Virus record (IMG/VR): IMGVR_UViG_3300048798_000032
Location: 1 to 64,000 of that record
DNA length: 64,000 nucleotides
Source of the DNA: a virus
Direction: 5' to 3' (one strand)
Below the pieces are notes generated by a model. It worked only from the letters and a program-made list of their open reading frames with translations, ran no database searches and was not told the DNA's origin. Shown here piece by piece: positions 19,307 to 28,750 of this stretch (positions are counted from its first letter, which is position 1; every line of letters starts with the position of its first letter). Position numbers and translations under genes: made by a program.

Positions 19307-19414
19307 GAGTGTGCCCCGTTCCCGTTCGGTGCCATCTCTGCGCCGACGCGGATCTTAGTCTTGGCCATGTGAACCGCTCCTGTGACTAGGTCATCAAAGC
19401 ATCACCGATGACGC

Positions 19415-20278
19415 TCACCCTTCCTGTCTCACAAGGTGCGGTCGCTTGTCCTCTTTGATCCACCGTCCCGCAGTCGCCTTTGAGACACCAACCGACTCAG
19501 CCAGTGCGGCCTGAGTGATCGACGGGTTGGCGCGGATGAGGCGGCGTGCCCTGGCTCGCTGCTCCGGTGTGGCGCGAGGCTTGGATGAGTCATTCGTACG
19601 TCGTTGCTGCGTCATCGGATGCGGGTCAGGTGAGCCGGTAAGTGACTCACCGGATGCGTCATCGGTCAGATCATCAGCGACGAGAGATTCATCCGCTGAT
19701 GCCTCATCGTCGCTGGCCGGCCCATCGGCGGGCGCTTCATCCCGGCGTGCTTCCCACCTGCTGACCGCTTCCCGTGGGTCAGTGATACCGGCCCACGTCG
19801 CGTCGAACATGACCTGCGCCGACCGGAGCGGATGCCACGCCCACCGGGTCATCCCGAGACGCAGCGCGTGCGGTTCAACGAGCCCCCTGGCCATCAGCGC
19901 GTCACGGGACGCCCGGCGCGAATGGACCGCCCACAGCCACGGTGACGACACGGACATGAGCCCGAACGCCACCGCGGCAAAGGTGGGGCGCCAGCCGGGC
20001 CCGGCGTAGTGGTCGTAGTTCATCGCGCCGATCACCGCGGCGAACGTGTACGCGGCCAGCCGTAGGCGCAGCGCTGAGTCGTTGGCGAGCTGCGCGACGT
20101 GCGCGTGATAGCCGAGGTAGACGGCGATGGACTCCAGCGCCAGGGCCACCAGGATCTGGCCGCCTAGCGGCCAGTGCAGGTGAGTGCGCAGGAATGCGAG
20201 CTGGCCAGCGAACGCCACCGCGTTGACCAGGGCGACAGGAACCGCTGCGGCGATGGGGTGGGTCTTGCCGGTGCTCAT
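19415..20278 (-). CDS. Spd-like (DUF2637-type) membrane protein with C-terminal HTH
   Basis: 4 TM segments then ITQAALAESVGVSKATAGRW; downstream of traB. Confidence 0.7.
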   Translation of the reverse strand: MSTGKTHPIAAAVPVALVNAVAFAGQLAFLRTHLHWPLGGQILVALALESIAVYLGYHAHVAQLANDSALRLRLAAYTFAAVIGAMNYDHYAGPGWRPTFAAVAFGLMSVSSPWLWAVHSRRASRDALMARGLVEPHALRLGMTRWAWHPLRSAQVMFDATWAGITDPREAVSRWEARRDEAPADGPASDDEASADESLVADDLTDDASGESLTGSPDPHPMTQQRRTNDSSKPRATPEQRARARRLIRANPSITQAALAESVGVSKATAGRWIKEDKRPHLVRQEG

Positions 20279-20374
20279 CTGGCTATCCTCCGCTTTCGTC
20301 CTCGTTGGTGACGGGGTTTGAACTGCCCGTTTCCGTCACTCTCCGTGACGCTTGCGGGTTGCCCCTCCCCCATC

Positions 20375-20452
20375 CGGCCATTGCCCGGCCATTAGCCGTG
20401 GCCATTCGGCGGCCATTGCCCTATGCAGCCACATCCCGGCCATTCGGCCATT
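20375..20452 (-). repeat. 8-bp direct repeats AATGGCCG (clt/TRS-like)
   Basis: CGGCCATT at 20375, 20386, 20410, 20437, 20445; TGGCCATT at 20399; just past traB stop. Confidence 0.7.
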
Positions 20453-20486
20453 GCGTGCACGGACGTGTGCGGGTGCGCGCCCGTCG

Positions 20487-22577
20487 TCACAGAGGGTGAG
20501 AGTTCAGCCAAGCCTCACCCTCGGCAGTGATCTTGAACTTGGCGCCCTTCCCCTTGCCGGGCGGACCCACCAGGCCGTCGAGCCGAAGGCGGTTCATCCA
20601 GGCTGTGACCTCGTGCCTTTTCGCGCCGAGTTGATCAACCAAGGCGCGGCCGGAAACGCCCTCACCTGCGGAAAGCTGCAAAAGCCGCCGCTTCTGCTCG
20701 TCGGTGATCATGGTCTTGCGGGCTTCCTCGGCCCACGCTGCCGAGGTGAAGCGGTCCAGTTGATCTTGCGGCACGCTGGCGAGCCGGGCGGCCATCTCCT
20801 CGTTCTCGCTGGCCACGCGATCATTCGCGGCGCGCTTGCCGTCGAGTTTGGCGAGCAGCGCGCGGGCTTCCGGGTCGAGCGCGGAGTCAAGGCTGCCGTG
20901 TTCCATGTCGTACGCTCCGAGGTCGCCGGGGGTCTCCGGTGCGGGGGAGGGGGTTGTTACTGGCGGGTAACTTCCCGGTGGCCCGGCCGGTCCGCCACCC
21001 GCCGTGACCGTGACCTTCGCGCTGGGACGCTGCGGCAGGCCAGCCTCCAGCTTCACCGGGCGGTCGCGGCGCTCGTACGCCAGTTCACGGACGTCCAGCA
21101 GGTCGGACAGGTTGAAGGCGCGGCCGATCTCCGAACGGCCACCCGCCTCGCGCTCACCGATCCACCAGACGCCCGAGTGCGCCTCGCCGTAGGCGGACAT
21201 GTTCGGCGCGTCAGCCTCCCCGGCGGCGTGGTTCGCATCGGTCTGGTTGCAGCGGCCGATGCACGCCAGGTCTGCCTGGCTGCGGACGTTCGCGCCGCCG
21301 AACCACTGGGCTACGCCGCGCTGGCCGGCGAGCAGCACGGCCAGGGCCTCGCTGCGGTGCTTGGACGTGATGTGCTGGAGCCGCTCGGACGCGCCGGGAA
21401 TCTTCATCAGCGCGTCGATCTCGTCGGCGACCAGGACGACGCCCGGCTGCTCGCTGGAGGGGATCAGCGTGGCGACGTCGCGGCCGAGCAGCGGCCGGCC
21501 GTCGATGATGCCGCACAGCCAGTCCAGGATCGCGATCGCCTTGCGGGACTGGCCTGGGCCGATCGCGCTCTCGTAGCAGGCCGGCGACCACTCCAGCGCC
21601 TCGATCGCCTTCGACACGTTGATGTACACCAGCAGCGCGTCATCGCAGGCGGTCACGGCTTCGCACACGTCGGAGATCAGCGTGGTCTTGCCGGCATCCT
21701 TCTTGCCGACCATGATGACCGTCTTGCCGCCGTGGGAGTCGAACAGGGTCATGCGGAGCGGGCGCCCGCTGTCGGGGTCCTGGCCGACGATCAGCGGCTG
21801 CGTGATGGTGCGCGGCCCGGTCAGGTCGATCTCCGGTGCGTCATCAAACAGCGGGTGCGGGATCGGGTGCTTCCACGGGTCGCGGAGCTGGATACGCAAC
21901 CGCAGGCGGCCGGGCTTGGGTGCGCTCGAATGCACGCGCCCAAACGGCAGTCCGCGGCGTTCGGCGTAGCGCTCCTCGAGGTCCCGGCCCGCTAGCGACG
22001 TGGCGCGGCGGCCCGTGCCGGTCGTGTCGAACTCGAGCACTTCACCGAGCCGGGTCTCCTCGTGGCTGATCAGGTGCGCACCACCGATGCCGAGGGGGTG
22101 CGCCTCGCGGAGCGCGCCCATCTTGCGTGCGCGCCACGTCTTCGCCGCGGTGACCACCTCGTGCCGGTGCAGCCAGCGCAGGCCCCACAGTGCGAGCGCC
22201 AGCCACACCCACGTCACCGCGCAGTACGGGCCGTACAGCGGGCCGTGCCAGGTGGCCAGCGCAAGCCAGCCGCCCGCGAACACGGTCCCGGTCAGGACTT
22301 GCCGGGCGTGCTTGAGCCGCTTCTCCGGATCGGCGCGCTTGTGCGCTTTGCGCGCCATCCGGGCATGCAAAAGCGCGCCAACGGCAACGGCGGCGAGTGC
22401 GATGTCGAGCGCGGGAACGTGGGTCAGGTGGAACGTCTCCGACGCGACCCACAGTGCGACCGCACCGGGAAGCGCGGCGCGTGCGGCCTGCTCGGCTGGC
22501 TCACGCTTCAGCGCGGCGTGATGCGCGTCGACAGCGGCAGGCGCGCTTGGCGATGGCGGCAGTTCAGCGAGGGCCAT
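20487..22577 (-). CDS. TraB-like FtsK/SpoIIIE conjugative DNA translocase
   Basis: N-terminal TMs; GKKDAGKT, VVLVADE, RSEALAVLLAGQR; C-terminal winged helix. Confidence 0.8.
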   Translation of the reverse strand: MALAELPPSPSAPAAVDAHHAALKREPAEQAARAALPGAVALWVASETFHLTHVPALDIALAAVAVGALLHARMARKAHKRADPEKRLKHARQVLTGTVFAGGWLALATWHGPLYGPYCAVTWVWLALALWGLRWLHRHEVVTAAKTWRARKMGALREAHPLGIGGAHLISHEETRLGEVLEFDTTGTGRRATSLAGRDLEERYAERRGLPFGRVHSSAPKPGRLRLRIQLRDPWKHPIPHPLFDDAPEIDLTGPRTITQPLIVGQDPDSGRPLRMTLFDSHGGKTVIMVGKKDAGKTTLISDVCEAVTACDDALLVYINVSKAIEALEWSPACYESAIGPGQSRKAIAILDWLCGIIDGRPLLGRDVATLIPSSEQPGVVLVADEIDALMKIPGASERLQHITSKHRSEALAVLLAGQRGVAQWFGGANVRSQADLACIGRCNQTDANHAAGEADAPNMSAYGEAHSGVWWIGEREAGGRSEIGRAFNLSDLLDVRELAYERRDRPVKLEAGLPQRPSAKVTVTAGGGPAGPPGSYPPVTTPSPAPETPGDLGAYDMEHGSLDSALDPEARALLAKLDGKRAANDRVASENEEMAARLASVPQDQLDRFTSAAWAEEARKTMITDEQKRRLLQLSAGEGVSGRALVDQLGAKRHEVTAWMNRLRLDGLVGPPGKGKGAKFKITAEGEAWLNSHPL

Positions 22578-22580
22578 GAC

Positions 22581-23462
22581 TCATTCCCTGATCGTCCAGT
22601 GACCGTCTTTGGTCGGGTCGTGAGTCTCGGCCCACTCCAGGTGCTCCCTGAAGTAATCGACCGTCCGCTTCACCGCGAGATGCAGACCGGCCGCCACCTC
22701 GTGGAAGCCGTCCGCGAACTCGAACGTGGTCCGCAGCGCGGCCGGGTGGACGCCGGGGCCATGGATCAGGCCGTCCGCATAGGCCGCGAACGCTTCCCCG
22801 TAGCCCGCGAAACCTCTCGCCTCACGGGTCATGAAGTCGATGTGCTCGGGCAGCCCGACCGGCTCGAACTCCGCGATCCGCTGCTGGGCTGCCGCATGGT
22901 CTGGGGGGATCACCGCCGTGATGGTGGCGAATCGCTGCCGGGCCGGGGGTGGTGCGGGACCGTCGGCGGGGGGAAGGGCCGGGGGTGGTGCGGCGCGGCG
23001 CACACCGGAACTGGTCCGGGCCGCCGGCTCCGGCGGTGGCACGGAACGCAATGCCCGAAGGGAGCCAGCGTCGGGCTGCTTGCCATCTGCTCGTGCCTGC
23101 CGCTTGGCCTGGGCCTTCGCGCGCGCATCCTTCAGTGCGGCGATCATGGCGACTGCGGCGGCGGCGATGGAGGCACCCACCGTGCGGTCCTTGCCTGCCT
23201 TCACGTCCTGCCGGATGCGCCACAAGGCCATGAACAGCCCCACGACGCCAACAGCAATCCCGGCAATGAGGGCACCGGTATCAGCGCGGGCGCCAACCGC
23301 CAGTGCCCACCCCAGAAGCGAACCCGTGACCGCGCTCGCGATACCGAGGGAACGGGCGAGCTGCTCGCGGTCGGCCCACCGATGCTGCTGGACGGCCAGG
23401 AGCACGAACAGCGCGGCGAGTGCCACGAATGCCAGCCATGCGACGGCGGTCAGGAAAGACAC
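22581..23462 (-). CDS. membrane-anchored transfer accessory protein (TraA-like position)
   Basis: 293 aa, TM N-terminus, directly upstream of traB. Confidence 0.55.
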   Translation of the reverse strand: MSFLTAVAWLAFVALAALFVLLAVQQHRWADREQLARSLGIASAVTGSLLGWALAVGARADTGALIAGIAVGVVGLFMALWRIRQDVKAGKDRTVGASIAAAAVAMIAALKDARAKAQAKRQARADGKQPDAGSLRALRSVPPPEPAARTSSGVRRAAPPPALPPADGPAPPPARQRFATITAVIPPDHAAAQQRIAEFEPVGLPEHIDFMTREARGFAGYGEAFAAYADGLIHGPGVHPAALRTTFEFADGFHEVAAGLHLAVKRTVDYFREHLEWAETHDPTKDGHWTIRE

Positions 23463-23742
23463 GCTTCCTCCTCGGTGATGTCTTGCTGAACTTCAGCCTC
23501 GGCCAGCAGTCGGCCACGCCGGCGCTTCTCCGTCCGCCACGTCGACACGAACAGGCACGCACCGACGAGAGAAGCCGTCCACAGGTAGGTCACGAGCAGG
23601 CTCACGTCTGGTGCGGTAGCCAGAGCGCGGTAGTCGGCCAGCGCGTTGCGTGACAGGTGGACGGAGGTGTCTGGCTCAAGGCTGCCGATCAGGCCGGCCG
23701 CTAGGCCGCTGAGCAAGATGCCGGTGATGACGGCGGCGCGCA

Positions 23743-24225
23743 TCAGTACCAGCTCCACTGGAGCTCGTGCCGCCATGCGTTGCACGGCGTGAGGTACCGG
23801 CCGCTGATGTAGCCGAGACCCCAGCGGATCTGCGTCACGGCGCTGGTCTGCCAGTTGGTGCCAGCGCTGGCCATCTTGCCGGGGGGCAATGCCTGCGGGA
23901 TGCCGAGCGCGCCGGAATCTGGGTCAACAACCTCGGGTGACCAGGTTCCGGCCGACTCGCGGGTCCACAGCCAGTCCAGGCACGAGGTCTGGTGACCGGT
24001 CCAGCCGTAGCCGCTGGCCGCCATGTCGTTGGCGAGCTGCTCGTTGCTGGAGTAGTGAGCGGGTGCAGCGATCGCCATTGTTGCCGCGTCGGGAGCGTGG
24101 TGTCCTGACGGCTGGTGGCTGGCACCCTGGATCAAACCCGCGGCAACGAGCGCAGCACCGAAACCGGCGGCGGCTCGCTTGACTGTGACCGTGTGGCCGT
24201 AGCGCGGGTAGCGGTAGCGGGTCAT
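23743..24225 (-). CDS. lytic transglycosylase-like protein
   Basis: CLDWLWTRES, GIPQALP..KM, TQIRWGLGYI..RY..PC.AW. Confidence 0.85.
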   Translation of the reverse strand: MTRYRYPRYGHTVTVKRAAAGFGAALVAAGLIQGASHQPSGHHAPDAATMAIAAPAHYSSNEQLANDMAASGYGWTGHQTSCLDWLWTRESAGTWSPEVVDPDSGALGIPQALPPGKMASAGTNWQTSAVTQIRWGLGYISGRYLTPCNAWRHELQWSWY

Positions 24226-24406
24226 CGGCGACGCCGGTTCTTGCGCCTGCACCGGGGGCATACCGGCGCGTCCGGGCCCGGGTCGCGCTCACCGGGACCG
24301 AGGACGAGGGAGGCTCCGCATATGCCACGAGGCTCGAAGCCGAGCAACTCCTTGAATATCTGCCAGCGGCCCACGATGTGGGAGTAGGGGTCATGTCTGG
24401 GGGCCA

Positions 24407-24940
24407 TCAGCGCACCTCCGCGTAACCGATGATTCCGCCCGCGTTCGCGGCGAAGTTGCTGAGCGGCACTACGTCAAGGGGCCACCCCGTGGCGTATGCC
24501 TGTTCCACCGTGTTGCGGCCAAGCAGGATCCCGACGTGACCGGGGTAAGACCACGAGCCATCGGCGCCGGGGGCGAATACCAGGTCCCCGGCCGCGCGCC
24601 GGCTGGCCGGGACGTGCCGCAGGCCGAACCACTGGTCTGCGGCGGTGCGCGGGATGTCCTCACCAGCCGACGCGTAGGACTCCATCGTGAGGCCCGAGCA
24701 GTCGTAACACGATGGGCCCGTGCCGCCCCAGCAGTAGGGCTTGCCGAGCTGTGCGCGCGCGTAACCGATTGCGGCGAGCGCTGCCCCGCGAGCGGGCGTG
24801 CTGTGCGCGGTCTGGGCGGCGTCTGCGGGCTGCGTGTGGTGGTGCCCGCTCACTGCGGCAGCGAGGACGACACCCACGGCGGCGAGCGCGGCCACCTGCC
24901 GTGGGGATGTCCTGCCGTAGCGGTACCCGTAGTAGGCCAT
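24407..24940 (-). CDS. NlpC/P60 (C40) peptidase
   Basis: QLGKPYCWGGTGP, YDCSGL, IPRTA, GDLVF, GHVGI. Confidence 0.92.
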   Translation of the reverse strand: MAYYGYRYGRTSPRQVAALAAVGVVLAAAVSGHHHTQPADAAQTAHSTPARGAALAAIGYARAQLGKPYCWGGTGPSCYDCSGLTMESYASAGEDIPRTAADQWFGLRHVPASRRAAGDLVFAPGADGSWSYPGHVGILLGRNTVEQAYATGWPLDVVPLSNFAANAGGIIGYAEVR

Positions 24941-25644
24941 AGGTCAGGGCCGTCCCAGGCAGCGGGCAAGACTGCGGAGGAATTTAGTGCGCAGGAGAGC
25001 CGGCGGCGGGTAGCGGAGGAAGTCGTAACCCTCGGCGTCCACGCCCGCAATGACCTTGCCCTTGCACCGCTGGCACTGGCCAGCGAACTCGGGCTTCCCC
25101 TTCCGCTTGGTCCAGGTGAGGGCATGCCCTCTGGTGCCCAGAGCGCTCGTCATGGCATCCCGGAGCCTGCGGGCCTGCTCCGTGGGCGTCTGCGGCCGGC
25201 GCGTCCTGGTGGGCATCTCAGGACCCGTATGGCGAAGACGAGGACGACTTGCGCTTGCGGCTGCCCGTGCGCCGCTGCTGGGGCTTGGGCAGCAGGCCGA
25301 CCGCCCTGCCGACATCCCGGCCAGCGCTGATCAGGACGCAGAGCACGACGATCACCAGCACGGCGATCACGCCGACGACGAGAGCGTCACCTGCCATGTG
25401 GCTCACACCCCAGGACGGGTGATGCTTGGCGGTGTGGGCTGTGGCTGCGGGGACCATGTGGGGCTTCTCTCGTCGGTGCGGGTTTTGACCGTCAGGTGCG
25501 CGGCGGCGGCTACGGGGGGCAGGCCGCCTTCAGGCCGCGCACCTGACGGGGATTGCGCCACCGGACACGGGGCCTGGTCCGTGCCCGGTGGCTGAGCCGC
25601 CGCTGTGCCAGCCCAGCGACGGCGGCCTAGGAAGGCGGGAAGGA

Positions 25645-26001
25645 TCATGCCGCGGCCCGCTTCAGCCTGCGGATCTCGGTGCGGCGCTCGTTGGGTGACA
25701 GGCCACCCCATACACCGTGGATACGGTCCGGGGTGTCCCACTCCAGGGCTATCGCGTACTCACCGCACTGGGTGCGGACAGGACAGCCTGCACAGACCGT
25801 CTTGGCCGCCCGGACGGATTCACTCTTGGGCGGGTAAAAAATCCCCGTGTCAATGAACTGGCAGGCCGCGAAGTCGTACCACGCAGGTATCTCGCCGGTC
25901 ACCGGATCGCGCGTCGCCAGCAGGGCGCCGCTGCCGGGGACAGCCGTCAGCAGCGGCCCAGCGGCACCAGGGCTCTCCGCTATGCGAGAGACGCGGGTCA
26001 T
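25645..26001 (-). CDS. WhiB-family transcription factor
   Basis: AAC...C..CPVR..C, GVWGGLS. Confidence 0.9.
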   Translation of the reverse strand: MTRVSRIAESPGAAGPLLTAVPGSGALLATRDPVTGEIPAWYDFAACQFIDTGIFYPPKSESVRAAKTVCAGCPVRTQCGEYAIALEWDTPDRIHGVWGGLSPNERRTEIRRLKRAAA

Positions 26002-26311
26002 GATGCCCTCCTGAGCCAGCGATGGCACGGAGCGGTCACGCCGCAGCCTTGTCCCCGTAGCTCGCCAGTGCCGGGGCTGCCGCTGCGAGTGCCCGCTGAA
26101 GTGCGGCCTCGTTGGCGCGGGTCTCGGCCAGCTCGGCCATCAGGACACGGCGGCGCGGCTTGCGGTGGAACAGATGGAATCGACGGTGCTTGGTGTGGGC
26201 GTGCCGGGCTGTTACGGTTGCCATCGGGCTTGTCCTCTCGTACCGGGATTGGACGGGTTGCGAACGGCTCGGATGTTCCAGCATCCGGGCCGTTGTTTTG
26301 CGTGCGGGGGA

Positions 26312-26506
26312 TCATGACTCTGCCTCGGGCCACGAGGTGATGGCGTCTAGCCAAGCCCGGGGGATGAGCCACAGCGAGCCGATCCGGCGGGCCGGGGCGC
26401 GGCGCTTGAGAGTGTGCACCGATACGCCGGTCAACTCAGAAACCTCAGCGATAGGCAGCAGCAGCCTGCGGTCTTCCTCTCGGGCAGCTACAGCCGATGC
26501 GCTCAA
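26312..26506 (-). CDS. excisionase-like HTH protein
   Basis: IAEVSELTGVSVHTL...RIGSLWLIPRAWL. Confidence 0.7.
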   Translation of the reverse strand: MSASAVAAREEDRRLLLPIAEVSELTGVSVHTLKRRAPARRIGSLWLIPRAWLDAITSWPEAES

Positions 26507-26618
26507 GGATGGCTCCTGGTGTCCAGATCGGTCATCTCTTGCACTAATGTAAACGTGATAGTTGGTGTAGTCAACCCGCGTCTTTCACTAGATCAGTCGC
26601 GTGAACTAGCCTTGGCGC

Positions 26619-27086
26619 ATGCGCGTACCCGACTACGCCGACCCGACGCCGGCCTATCAGCAGATAGCGGCCGACCTGCGGGCCCGCATCAAGGCGGCCG
26701 AGTACAATCTGGGTGGCAGGCTGCCGTCAAACAAGGCGCTGGTGACGGCGTACGGCGTGTCCGAGGGAACAGTCCGGGCCGCACTTGACGAACTGCGCGC
26801 CGAGGGCATCGTGGCCACGCAGTCCACGCGGGGAACCTATGTCGTGGGCATGCCGAGGAAACCGGCGGATGACGATTCGGCGATGGCTATCGCGCAGATG
26901 CGGGACGAGGTACGCGACTTCGGCCGGCGCATGGACGCTCTGGGCCCAGAAGAACTCCGGGCGGCCTTGGTGCGCCTGGAGCTCAACCTGATCGACCTGT
27001 ACGGGAAGCTCGGGTTCGACTATCCCCGCGAGGACGAGGTGCCCAGCCAGGACACCGGGACGGCGGCACATGGGAACTCCGCATAG
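26619..27086 (+). CDS. GntR-family repressor (KorSA/TraR-like)
   Basis: PAYQQIAADLR, RLPS, YGVSEGTVRAAL..L..EG, RGTYV; divergent from transfer operon. Confidence 0.88.
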   Translation: MRVPDYADPTPAYQQIAADLRARIKAAEYNLGGRLPSNKALVTAYGVSEGTVRAALDELRAEGIVATQSTRGTYVVGMPRKPADDDSAMAIAQMRDEVRDFGRRMDALGPEELRAALVRLELNLIDLYGKLGFDYPREDEVPSQDTGTAAHGNSA

Positions 27087-27864
27087 CGCCGATGTCGTCA
27101 GCATCGGCAGGCACACCGCCTACCGGGCCGACTTCGGGAGCCTCGCCGCCCAGCAGATGCGGGCAGCGAGAGAGAAGTCCGGGTGTGACCGCGCCGCGTT
27201 CGCCGCAGTGCTGACCGGGCTGCTTGGCTGGGGCGTCTCGGAACCCGCGCTAGCGCGGTGGGAGAGAGGCACCACACCGCCGGGGGACGTCCTGCTGGCC
27301 GCCGCATCCGCGTCCGAGGGCGGCCTGATCGCGCCGCCGGGCACACTGCTCGGGCCGGTGCCGCACAGCTTCCCGGCGTCTGCACTGGAAGGGCCGTGGG
27401 TCACCGCCTACCAGTTCACCCACAATGGCACGCCGTGTCACCATGCGGACATCGCCATCGTGGCAGCCGAGACTGAGCGCCAGATCCGGGCAGCGAACCA
27501 TCCACCGGAACCCCGCACCGAGGGACGGGCGCAGCCGTTCCGCAATGAGATCGAGGCGCGGCTAGCGGGACGGCATCTCATCGGGCACTGGAAGAACACG
27601 AGCGACGCCCGGTACTTCGGCTCGCTGCACCTTGCGGTGCTCCCCGGCGAGACCGTGATGGAGGGCTATTACACCGGTCTCGCCAGCGACATCGGCGTGT
27701 CGGTTGGGCCGTGGCGCTGGTGCCGTCTGGAATATGCGGCGCGAGCTGAGGGTGCATTGGCCGGCCTGACCCTGCACGAACCGGCCGCGGTCTACGAGGC
27801 CGTGATGAACCATTCGCAGTACGGCGCGGGACTCGCGCTGCATGAGATCGGAGAGGAAGCCTGA
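27070..27864 (+). CDS. XRE-type HTH protein with beta-rich C-terminal domain
   Basis: MRAARE...ALARWERG..P; alternating beta strands in C-terminal half. Confidence 0.7.
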   Translation: MGTPHSADVVSIGRHTAYRADFGSLAAQQMRAAREKSGCDRAAFAAVLTGLLGWGVSEPALARWERGTTPPGDVLLAAASASEGGLIAPPGTLLGPVPHSFPASALEGPWVTAYQFTHNGTPCHHADIAIVAAETERQIRAANHPPEPRTEGRAQPFRNEIEARLAGRHLIGHWKNTSDARYFGSLHLAVLPGETVMEGYYTGLASDIGVSVGPWRWCRLEYAARAEGALAGLTLHEPAAVYEAVMNHSQYGAGLALHEIGEEA

Positions 27865-28265
27865 TGGCCCTGACCAAGCCGGAAGTCCGCGATGTCATCG
27901 ACGTCTACATCAAGGCGTGGGAGACGCAGGATCCGGACCTGATCGTGACCATCTTCACCGAGCAGGCGACCTACCACGAGCGCATCATGGGCGAGCCCAT
28001 CCCGGACCGCGAGGCGATCCGCCGCTACTGGCAGGACAAGGTGGTCGGCGCTCAGGCCAACATCTCCTGCCGCCTGCTGAATCTGTACCTGGACGGGGAG
28101 ACGGCGATAGCCGAGTGGCTGGCCGAGTTCGATGACATTGCGCAGGGCTGCCGTAAGCGCATGCAGGAGATCGCCGTCCTTGAGTTCGAGGACGGCAAGA
28201 TCGCGTCGCTGCGGGAGTACTGGGCGAGCGTGACCGTGGGGGACTTGCACGGGAGCGCAGTCTGA
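27864..28265 (+). CDS. NTF2/SnoaL-like protein
   Basis: YIKAWE, GETAIAEW, FEDGKIASLREYW. Confidence 0.85.
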   Translation: MALTKPEVRDVIDVYIKAWETQDPDLIVTIFTEQATYHERIMGEPIPDREAIRRYWQDKVVGAQANISCRLLNLYLDGETAIAEWLAEFDDIAQGCRKRMQEIAVLEFEDGKIASLREYWASVTVGDLHGSAV

Positions 28266-28321
28266 CCCGGGCTTTGGGCGGCGCAAGCCCCGGCGTTCAG
28301 GCCGGGGATAGCCGCTTGCCC

Positions 28322-28726
28322 TCAACTGGGCCTGCGCTGGCCCTCGACGTAGGCCCGGATGATCGACAGCGGTGCGCCACCGCAGGATGCGGCGAAGTAG
28401 GACGGGGACCACAGGTGCTCGCGGTGAGTACGGACCCGGTACCGCTGGCGGAGCCTGCGCGCCGATACGCCCTTGAGGGAGTTCACCAGCCCGGCGACTG
28501 GGACCTTGGGCGGGTACTCGATCAGCAGGTGCACGTGGTCGTCCTCGCCGTTGCACTCCACGAGGGTGGCGCCGAAGTCCTCGCACACCTTCCCGAAGAC
28601 CCCGGTCAGGTAGCTGATCATTTCCCCGGTGAGGACGCCGCGCCGGTACTTGGTCACGAAGACCAAGTGAACATGCAGGGCCGAAACCGCGTGCCTGCCT
28701 CGGCGGTAATCATCGATGGTGTCCAT
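28322..28726 (-). CDS. tnpA: Y1 HUH transposase
   Basis: HLVFVTKYRR, DHVHL, LWSPSYF, YVEGQ. Confidence 0.95.
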   Translation of the reverse strand: MDTIDDYRRGRHAVSALHVHLVFVTKYRRGVLTGEMISYLTGVFGKVCEDFGATLVECNGEDDHVHLLIEYPPKVPVAGLVNSLKGVSARRLRQRYRVRTHREHLWSPSYFAASCGGAPLSIIRAYVEGQRRPS

Positions 28727-28750
28727 AGACCAACATGGTACAGTGGTCGT

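Noticed and set aside
20352-23489. long + strand ORFs (547 and 475 aa) and similar antisense ORFs elsewhere
   Set aside because: high-GC shadows of recognisable opposite-strand genes
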